Assembly: GCA_009845995.1 (NCBI GenBank)
Contig: VXYK01000030.1
Coordinates: forward strand, 17,440 to 81,439
Direction of reading: 5' to 3'
Origin: Acidimicrobiaceae bacterium
Lineage (GTDB): Bacteria > Actinomycetota > Acidimicrobiia > Acidimicrobiales > Aldehydirespiratoraceae
Length of the DNA stretch: 64,000 bases
In this document: positions 46,097 through 54,418 of the stretch, piece after piece
How the letters are laid out: every line of letters begins with the position of its first letter
Position numbering within the stretch: the first letter of the stretch is position 1
Program-made: the position numbers and the translations under genes
Notes under the pieces: model-generated
The model's database searches: none
What the model saw: the letters and a program-made list of their open reading frames with translations, nothing else
What the model was told of the DNA's origin: nothing

Positions 46097-46876
46097 TCAA
46101 CCGGAGTGGGTCCAGACGGCGCGGCGTTTCTCGACAAAGGCCTTGGGCCACTCGGCTCCGTCACCACGCGCCGCGTTGCGGGCCATCACGTCAATGGCCA
46201 ACTCGTAGGCGTCGCCGGTTGACATGTCCATCTGGGCATAGAGCGTCTGTTTGCCGACGCCTTTGGCGTAGCGGCTGCCCCGTGTCGCCCGCATCAACAG
46301 GTCCAGCGTGGCGGATTCGAGTTCGTCAGTAGACACCACACGGTTCACAAGCCCCCAGTCGAGCGCCGTGGCCGCGTCGATGGTGTCGCCGGTGAGCGCC
46401 AGTTCCACTGCCCGCTTTCGTCCCAACGGCCGCGCCACCGCAACCATCGGCGTGTGGCAGAACAACCCGCCTTTGCCACCGGGCGTGGCGAAAGCAGCCT
46501 CGGTGCTCGCCACGATCAGATCGGCACTGGCTGCCAGTTGCGCACCGGCAGCGGTGGCCAATGCATGCACCTGAGCGATCACAACCTGGGGAATCTCAGC
46601 GATTGCAGTCATCGCCGACGTGCACAGCGTGAACAGTGCCCTGAGTTCGTCCTCGTTCATCTTCGCCATCTCGCCGAGGTCATGCCCTGAGGAGAAGACC
46701 GGCCCGTTGGCCGCGAGCACTATGCCCGCCACTTCGCCGTCAGCGCCTGTGGTACGAAAGGCGTCTTCAAGCTCAGCCAGCATCTCCGATGACAGACAAT
46801 TTCGCCGCTCCGGTCGGTTGAGCGTGATCGTCACGTAAGCGTCATCACGCTTGTAGAGAAGATTGCGATAGTCCAT
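46097..46876 (-). CDS. Enoyl-CoA hydratase/isomerase (crotonase) family protein
   Basis: VTITLNRPERRNCLS, VFSSGHDL, FATPGGKGGLFC (oxyanion-hole regions). Confidence 0.88.
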   Translation of the reverse strand: MDYRNLLYKRDDAYVTITLNRPERRNCLSSEMLAELEDAFRTTGADGEVAGIVLAANGPVFSSGHDLGEMAKMNEDELRALFTLCTSAMTAIAEIPQVVIAQVHALATAAGAQLAASADLIVASTEAAFATPGGKGGLFCHTPMVAVARPLGRKRAVELALTGDTIDAATALDWGLVNRVVSTDELESATLDLLMRATRGSRYAKGVGKQTLYAQMDMSTGDAYELAIDVMARNAARGDGAEWPKAFVEKRRAVWTHSG

Positions 46877-46915
46877 AGATCCCCTACTCTAATTCGCTCC
46901 CAGGCTCACGAACAT

Positions 46916-47782
46916 TCAAGAATTCGGCTCTCGCACCGCGCTGGTCAACAGGATCCCTCCTGCGAGGGCCACGACGGGTGCGGACCCGAACACGGTCCAT
47001 CCGAGAACCATGTTGCCCAGTACATTCGCTCCGGCGACCACGGTGATTGCAATCCCAGCGACCTGGACTAGCAACGTAACAAGCTTGTTATTGGTCAATA
47101 AGTCCGAAACCACAACCGTGATGAGTACCAGCACGACCGACGCGAAGATGAGCACCGGAATCCCGTAGGAAACGTCAGGATCCACTCCGGTGAGTGGCTC
47201 GGCGTCCACGCCCGCGTCGATTCGCAACCAGGAGAAGGTCACCCAGTCAAACCAAACCGAAGCGACAATAGCCAGAGCCGCGCCGAACCCCGCTCGGAAA
47301 AGGTTGGCAATCTCCAGCTTTGCCTGGTCGGTAGATTGGCCAGCTACCAAAACAGCCCCCACCAACGCAATTGCGGTGCCCATCAATGAGATCCAAGCCC
47401 CAGCGCCGAGGTACCCCGAACTCGGTCGAACAAGAGAGAAGAAGACCACGGTGACGCTGAAGGCGCCCAGCGCCTTGCCCAGGGTTATGCCGATCGGCCA
47501 GTTCCAGAACAGCAGCGACAACCCGAGAACAAAAACAGCCAACCCCGTACCGGACGTGGTAATGCCGATGCCAGTGATGTGTGGGAAGCCGTCGCCAAAC
47601 CAGTCCACCCAGCTGAGCAGGCTGGACAGGACCATGATCGCCGCGCCGATCCTGACCACGACAGGGCCGCTTATCGCTGAACTTGACGATGGGGCTTCGT
47701 CTTCGCTTGGACTGGTTTCGTCCCGGTGAGACGACGAGCCTGAACTGGGGTTTGATGGCTCGTGGAAGCTCTCACCGTTCAT
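46916..47782 (-). CDS. Hypothetical polytopic membrane protein
   Basis: 288 aa with a Ser-rich N-terminus followed by about 8 hydrophobic segments. No family assigned. Confidence 0.55.
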   Translation of the reverse strand: MNGESFHEPSNPSSGSSSHRDETSPSEDEAPSSSSAISGPVVVRIGAAIMVLSSLLSWVDWFGDGFPHITGIGITTSGTGLAVFVLGLSLLFWNWPIGITLGKALGAFSVTVVFFSLVRPSSGYLGAGAWISLMGTAIALVGAVLVAGQSTDQAKLEIANLFRAGFGAALAIVASVWFDWVTFSWLRIDAGVDAEPLTGVDPDVSYGIPVLIFASVVLVLITVVVSDLLTNNKLVTLLVQVAGIAITVVAGANVLGNMVLGWTVFGSAPVVALAGGILLTSAVREPNS

Positions 47783-47880
47783 GTTGCGACAGTAACAGGG
47801 GTCGCCCTACCACGTCAGCCGTACCACCACCTGCACAGCAACTATGCGCTGAACAATGCGATGAACAGTAGGGTGCGACG

Positions 47881-48618
47881 ATGACTCCAGAAGAAGTGGC
47901 TGCAGCCACCGCAACTCCAATCGGCGCGTTCGGACGCAAGTTCTATGGAGCTGAAGCGGTTGGCGAGGCGATGAATGCAGCCGGTTTTGCCGGACTACCC
48001 ACCTATGTCGGCGGCCGCGGCGGGGTACTCGGCGATGTCGCTTCCGATGTGGTGGTATCGGCATTCGCTCTGTTCCATCCCGCCATGATCGAAGCTGGCT
48101 GGAACCAGACCAGAGAACAGGGGTCACCAGCCGATGCCGCTACCGCGCTGGCGGTCGGGATCGGCGGATGGGCGAACGACACGTTCGGCCACCTCGACGG
48201 TTTGCAGGAATTCGCCACCGCAGCTCAAAAAGTCATCGACGCTGCCCAACCGATGAGCCAGGCCTTGTACGCCGGATGGCGCGCAATGCCGGTGCCCGAG
48301 GACCCCGCCGCCGCTTCGGGATTGGCCCTTCAGGTCCTGCGGGAACTGCGCTTCGACTTCCACGTCAATGCACTGAGCGCAGTCGGCATGACCCCGGTGC
48401 AAGCCCTGATCGCCCGATCCAACCCACAGCAGGCCCAGTTTTTCGGCTGGACAGAGCCCTTCCCTGACCCCGAGCCACTGCAAAGCACCCATCGCGAAGC
48501 CGAAGAAATCACTTCGGCTCGCATGGCGCAGGTCTACGAAGCCATCGACGCCGAACAACGAGCCCACATCGCCGCTACCGTCAGCTCCATCGCTGAAATC
48601 GTTCTCGCCAAGTCGTAA
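47881..48618 (+). CDS. Hypothetical protein (weak resemblance to SCO6745/SalK-like helical proteins)
   Basis: 245-aa ORF with host-like composition. The pattern A.G....Y..GR..VLGDV....V..F..FHP recalls that family, from memory only. Confidence 0.5.
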   Translation: MTPEEVAAATATPIGAFGRKFYGAEAVGEAMNAAGFAGLPTYVGGRGGVLGDVASDVVVSAFALFHPAMIEAGWNQTREQGSPADAATALAVGIGGWANDTFGHLDGLQEFATAAQKVIDAAQPMSQALYAGWRAMPVPEDPAAASGLALQVLRELRFDFHVNALSAVGMTPVQALIARSNPQQAQFFGWTEPFPDPEPLQSTHREAEEITSARMAQVYEAIDAEQRAHIAATVSSIAEIVLAKS

Positions 48619-48623
48619 CCGAC

Positions 48624-49400
48624 ATGAGAGTCATTGTGTTCGGTGCGACAAACCAACTCGGACGACAGGTTTGGCGCAAAGCGCTCGACGCCGGACACCA
48701 AGTCTCAGTTTTTGGCCGCTCAGTTGAACCGCTCGCCGAAGAGGAACCTGCGCTGAATATGGTCCGGGGCGATTTCATTGATGCCGGCGCGCTATCCAAA
48801 GCCGTAGCGCACCACGATGCCGTCATCGTTTGCCTGGGCACCGACTACAGAGAAGAACATGCGGAACCCGCGCTCAGCACCAACACCATTGTCAATGCGA
48901 TGGTCCGCTTCGACATCAAACTCCTGGTCGTCGCCACCACAACCGACGACGGTTTGTACCAGGAACAAACCTCGGTGATGGACCGCACGATGGCCCGCAT
49001 CTTTCCGCGTTTCGCGGCCTGGGCTGGCACCAGCGATGGGAGCGTCGGCGGGGTTGGTGGTTACAACATGCATGGAGGCCATGCACCTCAAGAAGACATC
49101 ATCAATGACAGCCCCCTCGATTGGACCATCGTTCGGGCCCCTGTGATCAACGACAGATGTGCACCCGGCTGGGCCGAGCGTGCTGCCAATGTCAGCAGGG
49201 AAGACGTCGCCATCTTCATGGTGAACCAACTCACCGATCTCACCAACAACCACAGAACGATCACCGCCCGAAGTTCCACAGGCTCGCCCTCGGCAAGCGA
49301 ACCAACCACTAGCGAACCATCCGCTAAAGGCAAATTCGACGACTATCCGCTGGATTCTGGGGTCGAACCGCAGCACAAGCGAAATTGGCGGTCTCGCTGA
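48624..49400 (+). CDS. NAD(P)H-binding protein (atypical SDR / NmrA-BVR-B-like), copy 1
   Basis: MRVIVFGATNQLGRQVWRKALDAGHQV (GxxGxxG Rossmann fold). Paralog of the next gene. Confidence 0.8.
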   Translation: MRVIVFGATNQLGRQVWRKALDAGHQVSVFGRSVEPLAEEEPALNMVRGDFIDAGALSKAVAHHDAVIVCLGTDYREEHAEPALSTNTIVNAMVRFDIKLLVVATTTDDGLYQEQTSVMDRTMARIFPRFAAWAGTSDGSVGGVGGYNMHGGHAPQEDIINDSPLDWTIVRAPVINDRCAPGWAERAANVSREDVAIFMVNQLTDLTNNHRTITARSSTGSPSASEPTTSEPSAKGKFDDYPLDSGVEPQHKRNWRSR

Positions 49401-49511
49401 ACCCTCTGAAAACCGCCACAGTTTCGGAGAATCGGCTAGAACCCAACCGCTCCGGCTGGTTCGAACCTAGATTTGAACTCCGAGAGGTCGCAGCGGACGA
49501 AAGGAACCGAC

Positions 49512-50243
49512 ATGAGAGTCGTGGTCTTCGGGGGCAGCAGCCGACTAGGACGGCAGGTCTGGCGCAAAGCGCTCGACGCAGGGCATCGAGTCACCGTTTA
49601 TGATCGTTGGGCCAAGGAACGCGCCAAGGAAGAGCCGGCACTGAGAGCGTACCAAGGTGACCTGATTGATGCAGGCAGGATCCGTGGGGCTGTATCCGAC
49701 CAGGATGCTGTCATAATCTGCCTCGGCACGGATCTGATCAATGGTGTCACCCCGCTCACGGGCACGACACGCATCGTTGAGGCGATGGACCGCCACGACG
49801 TTCAACGCCTGGTCGTCGCCACTGCGACCGGAGACGGCCTCGACGAGAAAAAGATCTCAATCTGGGCACGCATCTTCATGCCATGGGTCAGGCTGTGGGG
49901 TTACAGGTGGGGCACACACATGTTGGGAGGTCACGAACCTCAAGAGTCGCACGTCAAGGGCAGTTCGCTCGACTGGACCATCGTCCGCGTCCCGGTAGTC
50001 AACGACAAGCTCGCGCCCGGGTTCACTGAACGCACCACCAACATCAGCCGTGAGGATGCCGCAACCTTCCTGGTCCGCCAACTCGACGACGCCAGCAGCA
50101 TTCACAAGACCCTCACCGCCCGCGGTTCGCAATCTCCAACGGCTCCAGACCGCTCCCCGCCCACCGACGTTGCCCCACCACAAGAACCTCCCGCCAAGGG
50201 CAAGTTCGACGACTATCCGCTGGGTTCCGGCACCGAACCATAA
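49512..50243 (+). CDS. NAD(P)H-binding protein (atypical SDR / NmrA-BVR-B-like), copy 2
   Basis: Track ORF 49473..50243. ATG at 49512 (MRVVVFGGSSRLGRQVWRKALDAGHRV). The 16 nt AACCGACATGAGAGTC around the start is identical to copy 1. Confidence 0.8.
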   Translation: MRVVVFGGSSRLGRQVWRKALDAGHRVTVYDRWAKERAKEEPALRAYQGDLIDAGRIRGAVSDQDAVIICLGTDLINGVTPLTGTTRIVEAMDRHDVQRLVVATATGDGLDEKKISIWARIFMPWVRLWGYRWGTHMLGGHEPQESHVKGSSLDWTIVRVPVVNDKLAPGFTERTTNISREDAATFLVRQLDDASSIHKTLTARGSQSPTAPDRSPPTDVAPPQEPPAKGKFDDYPLGSGTEP

Positions 50244-50339
50244 GAGCGACGCTCATGGCGACCTCGCTGAACCCTTGACATCGACAGGACTGACCGAAGT
50301 CGGCAGGCAAGTCAATTGAAGTTTGTGGCAATATCTGAC

Positions 50340-51587
50340 ATGAACTCTGCCACGTCGTTCAGCGGGAGCTTGGAGGCTCGCACGATCATTGATCCGGACG
50401 TGTTGGACAATCCCTACCCGTTCTTTGAACGACTCCGCCAAGAACACCCCGTGTGGTTGGTGCCAGGGCTCGACTTGGCTTTCGTAGCTTCACACGAGCA
50501 CGTCTTGGACGCACTCCGGCGGATAGACGACTTCTCCAGCCACCTCGACGTGTTGGTCATCACCGGCGAAGACGGCTCACCTGCCCTGTTCCGCACAGAC
50601 AATTTCGGCGAGGGCACCACCACCCTGGCCACCGCCGACCCGCCCGAGCACACCAAGCACCGCAGCGTCGTGTTCCCCGAACTGGTGGCCCGCCGCATGG
50701 AGGAGATGCGGCCCTACATCGAATCCATCGTCGCGGATCACATATCCAACGCCCGAGCTGAGGGGACGCAGGTCGAGTGGGCCAACACAGTCGCCCATCC
50801 GATCCCTGCCCGGGTTGTCGGACACTTGATCGGACTACCCGACGAAGACTGGCCCGATGTGATGCGCTGGGCGCTGGGGGGCGGCCTGGTGCTCGCCGGA
50901 ATCTACGACCTCGAAACCATGGCCGCTTTGCTCGCCGGGATCGGAGATGCCACGCCCTATCTCATCGAGAAGCTGGACGAGGCCGGCAACGATCCAGGCA
51001 GTTACCTTGTCGGCGTGTGTGCCAAGGCAGTGGCGAGCGGCGATCTGAAGATGAGGGAAGCCACCGCAACCCTTGGGGTCCTGCTCGGCGCGGGTGGCGA
51101 GTCAACTGCATCGCTGATCGGCAACGCCACACGGATGTTGGCCGAGAATCCCAAACTCCAGGACCAGATCCGAGCTGACCACAACCTCATCGAGCCATAC
51201 ATCGAGGAGGTTTTGAGGTTGGAGTCACCGTTTCGGGGCCACTATCGCCAAGTGAAACGAGAATGTGAGCTCGGCGGCGTAACTCTCAAGGCCGGTACCA
51301 CCGCAATGCTGCTCTGGGCTTCGGCCAACCGCGACGCCGCCGAATACGATCGTCCAGACGAGGTGGTGCTGAACCGCCGCATCCCCCGCAGCCACCTGGC
51401 TTTCGGCCGGGGCATCCACCACTGCGTGGGCGCTTCTCTTGCCCGCATGGAAGGTGCCAGTGCCACAAAACTGCTGCTACAGGAGACCAGCTTCTTCTCT
51501 TTGGTCGACGACGACCCGCCCCAATGGGAGAGCAGCATGTTCGTGCGTCGTAACGAACATCTGCCCTTGGACATTTCCTGGAACTAG
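50340..51587 (+). CDS. Cytochrome P450
   Basis: The ExxR block is EEVLRLESPFRG and the heme-thiolate loop is FGRGIHHCVGASLAR. The track start TTG at 50316 is an alternative. Confidence 0.9.
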   Translation: MNSATSFSGSLEARTIIDPDVLDNPYPFFERLRQEHPVWLVPGLDLAFVASHEHVLDALRRIDDFSSHLDVLVITGEDGSPALFRTDNFGEGTTTLATADPPEHTKHRSVVFPELVARRMEEMRPYIESIVADHISNARAEGTQVEWANTVAHPIPARVVGHLIGLPDEDWPDVMRWALGGGLVLAGIYDLETMAALLAGIGDATPYLIEKLDEAGNDPGSYLVGVCAKAVASGDLKMREATATLGVLLGAGGESTASLIGNATRMLAENPKLQDQIRADHNLIEPYIEEVLRLESPFRGHYRQVKRECELGGVTLKAGTTAMLLWASANRDAAEYDRPDEVVLNRRIPRSHLAFGRGIHHCVGASLARMEGASATKLLLQETSFFSLVDDDPPQWESSMFVRRNEHLPLDISWN

Positions 51588-51637
51588 CGACCTTCAGGGG
51601 AGCTGTCTCGGGTTTCGTGGCTCGCGCGGATTCGACA

Positions 51638-51664
51638 CTTGGTGACAGACACCCGTTTACCAAG
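51638..51664. promoter_or_regulatory. Inverted repeat CTTGGT-N15-ACCAAG immediately upstream of the antitoxin-like ORF
   Basis: Arms at 51638-51643 and 51659-51664. The ATG at 51666 follows 1 nt later. Only 6 bp, so weak. Confidence 0.3.
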
Positions 51665-51665
51665 T

Positions 51666-51917
51666 ATGCTTTGGCTTGTGAGCAATGTACAGGAATATCT
51701 GGTGTCGTCGTCGGGCCAAGTGTGTCTGCCCGCCAGTGTTCGGCATCGCTGGGACCTGGACGACGGAGGACCGGTCGACGTACTCGATCTCGGATTTGGC
51801 GTGCTCACGGTGCCTAAGGGCGAGGGGCGCCATTTGCTCGCCGACCTCCTTGGACGCGACGAGCACGCCGCTTTCGTCCACAGCTTGGCCGACGATCCAG
51901 ACCTTGCCACGACGTGA
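51666..51917 (+). CDS. AbrB/MazE/SpoVT-type antitoxin-like protein
   Basis: Contains SSSGQVCLPASVRHRWDL, which resembles the SpoVT-AbrB swapped-hairpin motif (G.v.lPa.vR..l.l). The start is uncertain (track 51639). The stop overlaps the next ORF start (GTGA). Confidence 0.55.
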   Translation: MLWLVSNVQEYLVSSSGQVCLPASVRHRWDLDDGGPVDVLDLGFGVLTVPKGEGRHLLADLLGRDEHAAFVHSLADDPDLATT

Positions 51918-52345
51918 ACCAAACGGTCCTCGACGACCATCTCCTGCGCGACCTGCTTTCCGGTGAGTTGAGCGATGGGTTGGCGCAAGTGCTCGTCGAT
52001 CACGAACCAGCCACAACCAATCTCTATCTGGTTCGACTGTGCCGAAGCGTTGTGTCGGCAACCGGAGGGACTCTCACCGGTTCGTGGCCCAGCAGCGCCC
52101 GTCTGGCGTTGGGGCGACAACTCCTCGACCTTCACCCCGACATTGAGGTAGTTCCAGTTCGCAACCTTGCATACCGCATGGCCGAACTTGCCGACGCTCA
52201 TAAACTCTCTACTCTCGGCGCCGAAGCCGTCGCGGCTTCCGAACACCTTTCCGCCCCGCTATGCGTTTGGACCGGAGACGACGGGCCGCGTATTCGGTCT
52301 GCGATGTCGCATCTCGGCTGTGATTACCGCCCAATCCCTCGCTGA
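51914..52345 (+). CDS. PIN-like domain protein (putative VapC-type toxin)
   Basis: The N-terminal VLDDHLL resembles the first acidic PIN block and the C-terminal LCVWTGDDG resembles the last (lvT.D). The middle acidic residues cannot be confidently placed. Confidence 0.42.
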   Translation: MNQTVLDDHLLRDLLSGELSDGLAQVLVDHEPATTNLYLVRLCRSVVSATGGTLTGSWPSSARLALGRQLLDLHPDIEVVPVRNLAYRMAELADAHKLSTLGAEAVAASEHLSAPLCVWTGDDGPRIRSAMSHLGCDYRPIPR

Positions 52346-52359
52346 AATATGGTGAGCAC

Positions 52360-53220
52360 ATGAGGCGACAGGCTGAGTTGACCCATCTAAAAAGCGACGA
52401 GCCCCTCGAAGACGTGCTGGAGGTGCTCGACAGCGACGGGGCGGTGATCGTCGAGGAGTGCTTCAGCACCAAGATGATCGAACTGATCCTCTCCGAGTTG
52501 GCACCCCACATCGAGAAACCGGGCTCCAACAAGACCTACATCAACCCGCTCATTGCCGACTTCTACGGGGAGCACACACGCCATGTGACCGGCTTGTGCT
52601 CCAAGTCGCCCACATTTGTCGACGAGGTGCTGTTGCATCCGCTGATTCTCGGTGTTGCCGATGCCGTGCTGGGGCCGAGTTGCGCTGACTACCAACTGAA
52701 CGTGGCCCACATGCTGGTATTGGGGCCCGGTGCCGAGGTGCAGTTGCCGCATCGTGACGAAGACGTCTGGGTGCACATGCCAAACCCCCATCCCGAGATG
52801 CAGTTGGCGTCGATAACCGCTCTGTGCGACTTCACCCCGGGGATCGGTGCTACCCGGATCGTGCCTGGCAGCCACCACTGGGAACGGGCCCGTCTGGCCG
52901 AGCCTCACGAGTTCGCGGACGCCGTGATGCCCACCGGTTCGAGGGTCATCTACCTGGGTTCGACGATCCACGGTGCCGGATCCAACACCACCACCGATCA
53001 GCACCGGCCGGCGTTCCACCTGAGCTACATGCTGGGCTGGCTGCGCGCCGAGGAGAACAACTGCCTGGCGACGCCCCCCGATATCGCCCGCACCCTGCCC
53101 CGCCGGGCGCAGGAACTTCTCGGCTACGACGTCCACGACGCCATCAAAGACTTCGGAGGATTCCTCGGAGCACTCGACATGAAGATCCCCGCCGACATGC
53201 TCGCCTCCGGCGAACTCTAA
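52360..53220 (+). CDS. Phytanoyl-CoA dioxygenase (PhyH) family Fe(II)/2-oxoglutarate oxygenase
   Basis: The HxD motif is LPHRDEDVW, the distal His is GSTIHGAGSN, and the size is about 286 aa. Confidence 0.8.
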   Translation: MRRQAELTHLKSDEPLEDVLEVLDSDGAVIVEECFSTKMIELILSELAPHIEKPGSNKTYINPLIADFYGEHTRHVTGLCSKSPTFVDEVLLHPLILGVADAVLGPSCADYQLNVAHMLVLGPGAEVQLPHRDEDVWVHMPNPHPEMQLASITALCDFTPGIGATRIVPGSHHWERARLAEPHEFADAVMPTGSRVIYLGSTIHGAGSNTTTDQHRPAFHLSYMLGWLRAEENNCLATPPDIARTLPRRAQELLGYDVHDAIKDFGGFLGALDMKIPADMLASGEL

Positions 53221-53261
53221 GCGTTTAGAGTCGTTTAGAGTAGATTTAGAGTAGATCTAAA
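53214..53261. repeat. Cluster of five TTAGAG-core repeats: inverted copy, three direct TTTAGAGT copies at 10/11-nt spacing, inverted copy
   Basis: Read directly. ACTCTAA is at 53214-53220 and overlaps the PhyH TAA. TTTAGAGT is at 53224-31, 53234-41 and 53245-52. TCTAAA is at 53256-61. ACTCTAA-gcgt-TTAGAGT forms a 7-bp hairpin. Confidence 0.85.
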
Positions 53262-53424
53262 ACACCTGGTAAACCTACAAAACACTAGCTTGTAATTCCT
53301 CTAGTGTCATTAAAAGCGGGCTTTCCAGTAGGCGCGAGGATCCTTTGGAGATTGCCCCACCCATTCGATCAGCCCTTCCTCTTAGATCACTCGAGGGTTA
53401 CAGCACCACCGAGAAAGCCCTGAA

Positions 53425-54108
53425 TTAGCTGTGCACGCTCATCACTTCGTATCCCATACTTTCGAGCTGCTCGATCGCGGCTTTTGGATCGTTGCGCACG
53501 GTCGCACGTGCTTGTCGACGATTCCAATCAGAAAGCGATTCATCGAGCCTTGGACGCCAGCCAGGACTCCAATCCGTGAACAGCTGTTCGCGATGAAGAA
53601 ACTCTAGGAGTTCTTCAACCGTTGGTCTGAAACGTCGACCACCGACGGGAAAGTGGATTTCCTGCAGCCGAGGCAATGGAAGCCCAGCGGTGCCATAAAT
53701 CCACCCGAGTTCTACCGATTCAGCGTGTAGGTGGATATGAGCCGAAGGTTTGTTGGACGCGTCCCGGTCGTATTCGATACGGAACACGGGCCTTGGACTG
53801 CGTTGAACGTCGGGCTGCACCCACAGGCCGAACGTCGATCGTTGAACAGCGAGGTGATCTTGTTGGCGATCAAGCGACACATGAAATTCGACCTTTAGCA
53901 TCAACCTTGGTGGGCCGTTTCCGTCGCACTTACGTAGCAGCGGAATGAAGGCAAACCCCGATTCAAAGGGTGACGGGCCAATCCGACGTTGTTGATTGTC
54001 GCTTGCGTCGACAACAACAAATTCAGGAGCGTCGCGAAGGCATCCTTGAATTAGATCGGTGAGGTTGTCCGCGAATCTGGTCGATTCCGCTTCGAGGCTG
54101 TCGATCAC
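53425..54108 (-). CDS. Hypothetical protein, 227 aa, no recognisable family (islet gene 2)
   Basis: Track ORF 53425..54159. The GTG at 54108 gives a GTGA overlap with the stop of the upstream 63-aa ORF. Lower G+C than the flanks (32/60 in two hand-counted samples). Confidence 0.55.
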   Translation of the reverse strand: MIDSLEAESTRFADNLTDLIQGCLRDAPEFVVVDASDNQQRRIGPSPFESGFAFIPLLRKCDGNGPPRLMLKVEFHVSLDRQQDHLAVQRSTFGLWVQPDVQRSPRPVFRIEYDRDASNKPSAHIHLHAESVELGWIYGTAGLPLPRLQEIHFPVGGRRFRPTVEELLEFLHREQLFTDWSPGWRPRLDESLSDWNRRQARATVRNDPKAAIEQLESMGYEVMSVHS

Positions 54109-54296
54109 GCGACAGCCGGGAGGTCGCTTTCGGTCAACACGTCGCCCCAGATAAGCCACAAATCCCTTAGGAGTGGGTTGTCGAGGCGATCCTCTTTGCC
54201 GAGTTCGTAAAAAGCGCGCAAACCCAGTCCGGTTGAGTTGGCATTCCTCTCCAACATCTCAACAATCTCTTCGCGGGGAACAGTCAAGCTGGTCAT
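54105..54296 (-). CDS. Hypothetical small protein, 63 aa (islet gene 1)
   Basis: The ATG at 54296 is preceded by SD-like GGGAGAG (minus strand gaaaGGGAGAGacaATG). It is translationally coupled to the 227-aa ORF. No family recognised. Confidence 0.5.
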   Translation of the reverse strand: MTSLTVPREEIVEMLERNANSTGLGLRAFYELGKEDRLDNPLLRDLWLIWGDVLTESDLPAVA

Positions 54297-54418
54297 TGTC
54301 TCTCCCTTTCGTCTCGGCTCAAGAGGTAGCCACTCTCCTGTTCTTCACAGTATATGAGACGGTGTGACACTAACTGAGGCCAGACAAGCGCGTCCATCGC
54401 TATTCCCGGGTTTCGGGG

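Noticed and set aside
49440-49475. GGTTCGAACC-containing stretch as a tRNA or tRNA fragment
   Set aside because: No acceptor or anticodon stems can be drawn around it. It is part of the spacer between the duplicated NAD(P)H-binding genes.
53222-53262. TTTAGAG repeats as a possible mini-CRISPR array
   Set aside because: The units are only 8-11 nt with a 10-11 nt period and no spacers. No cas genes are present, and inverted copies are mixed in. This is not CRISPR architecture.
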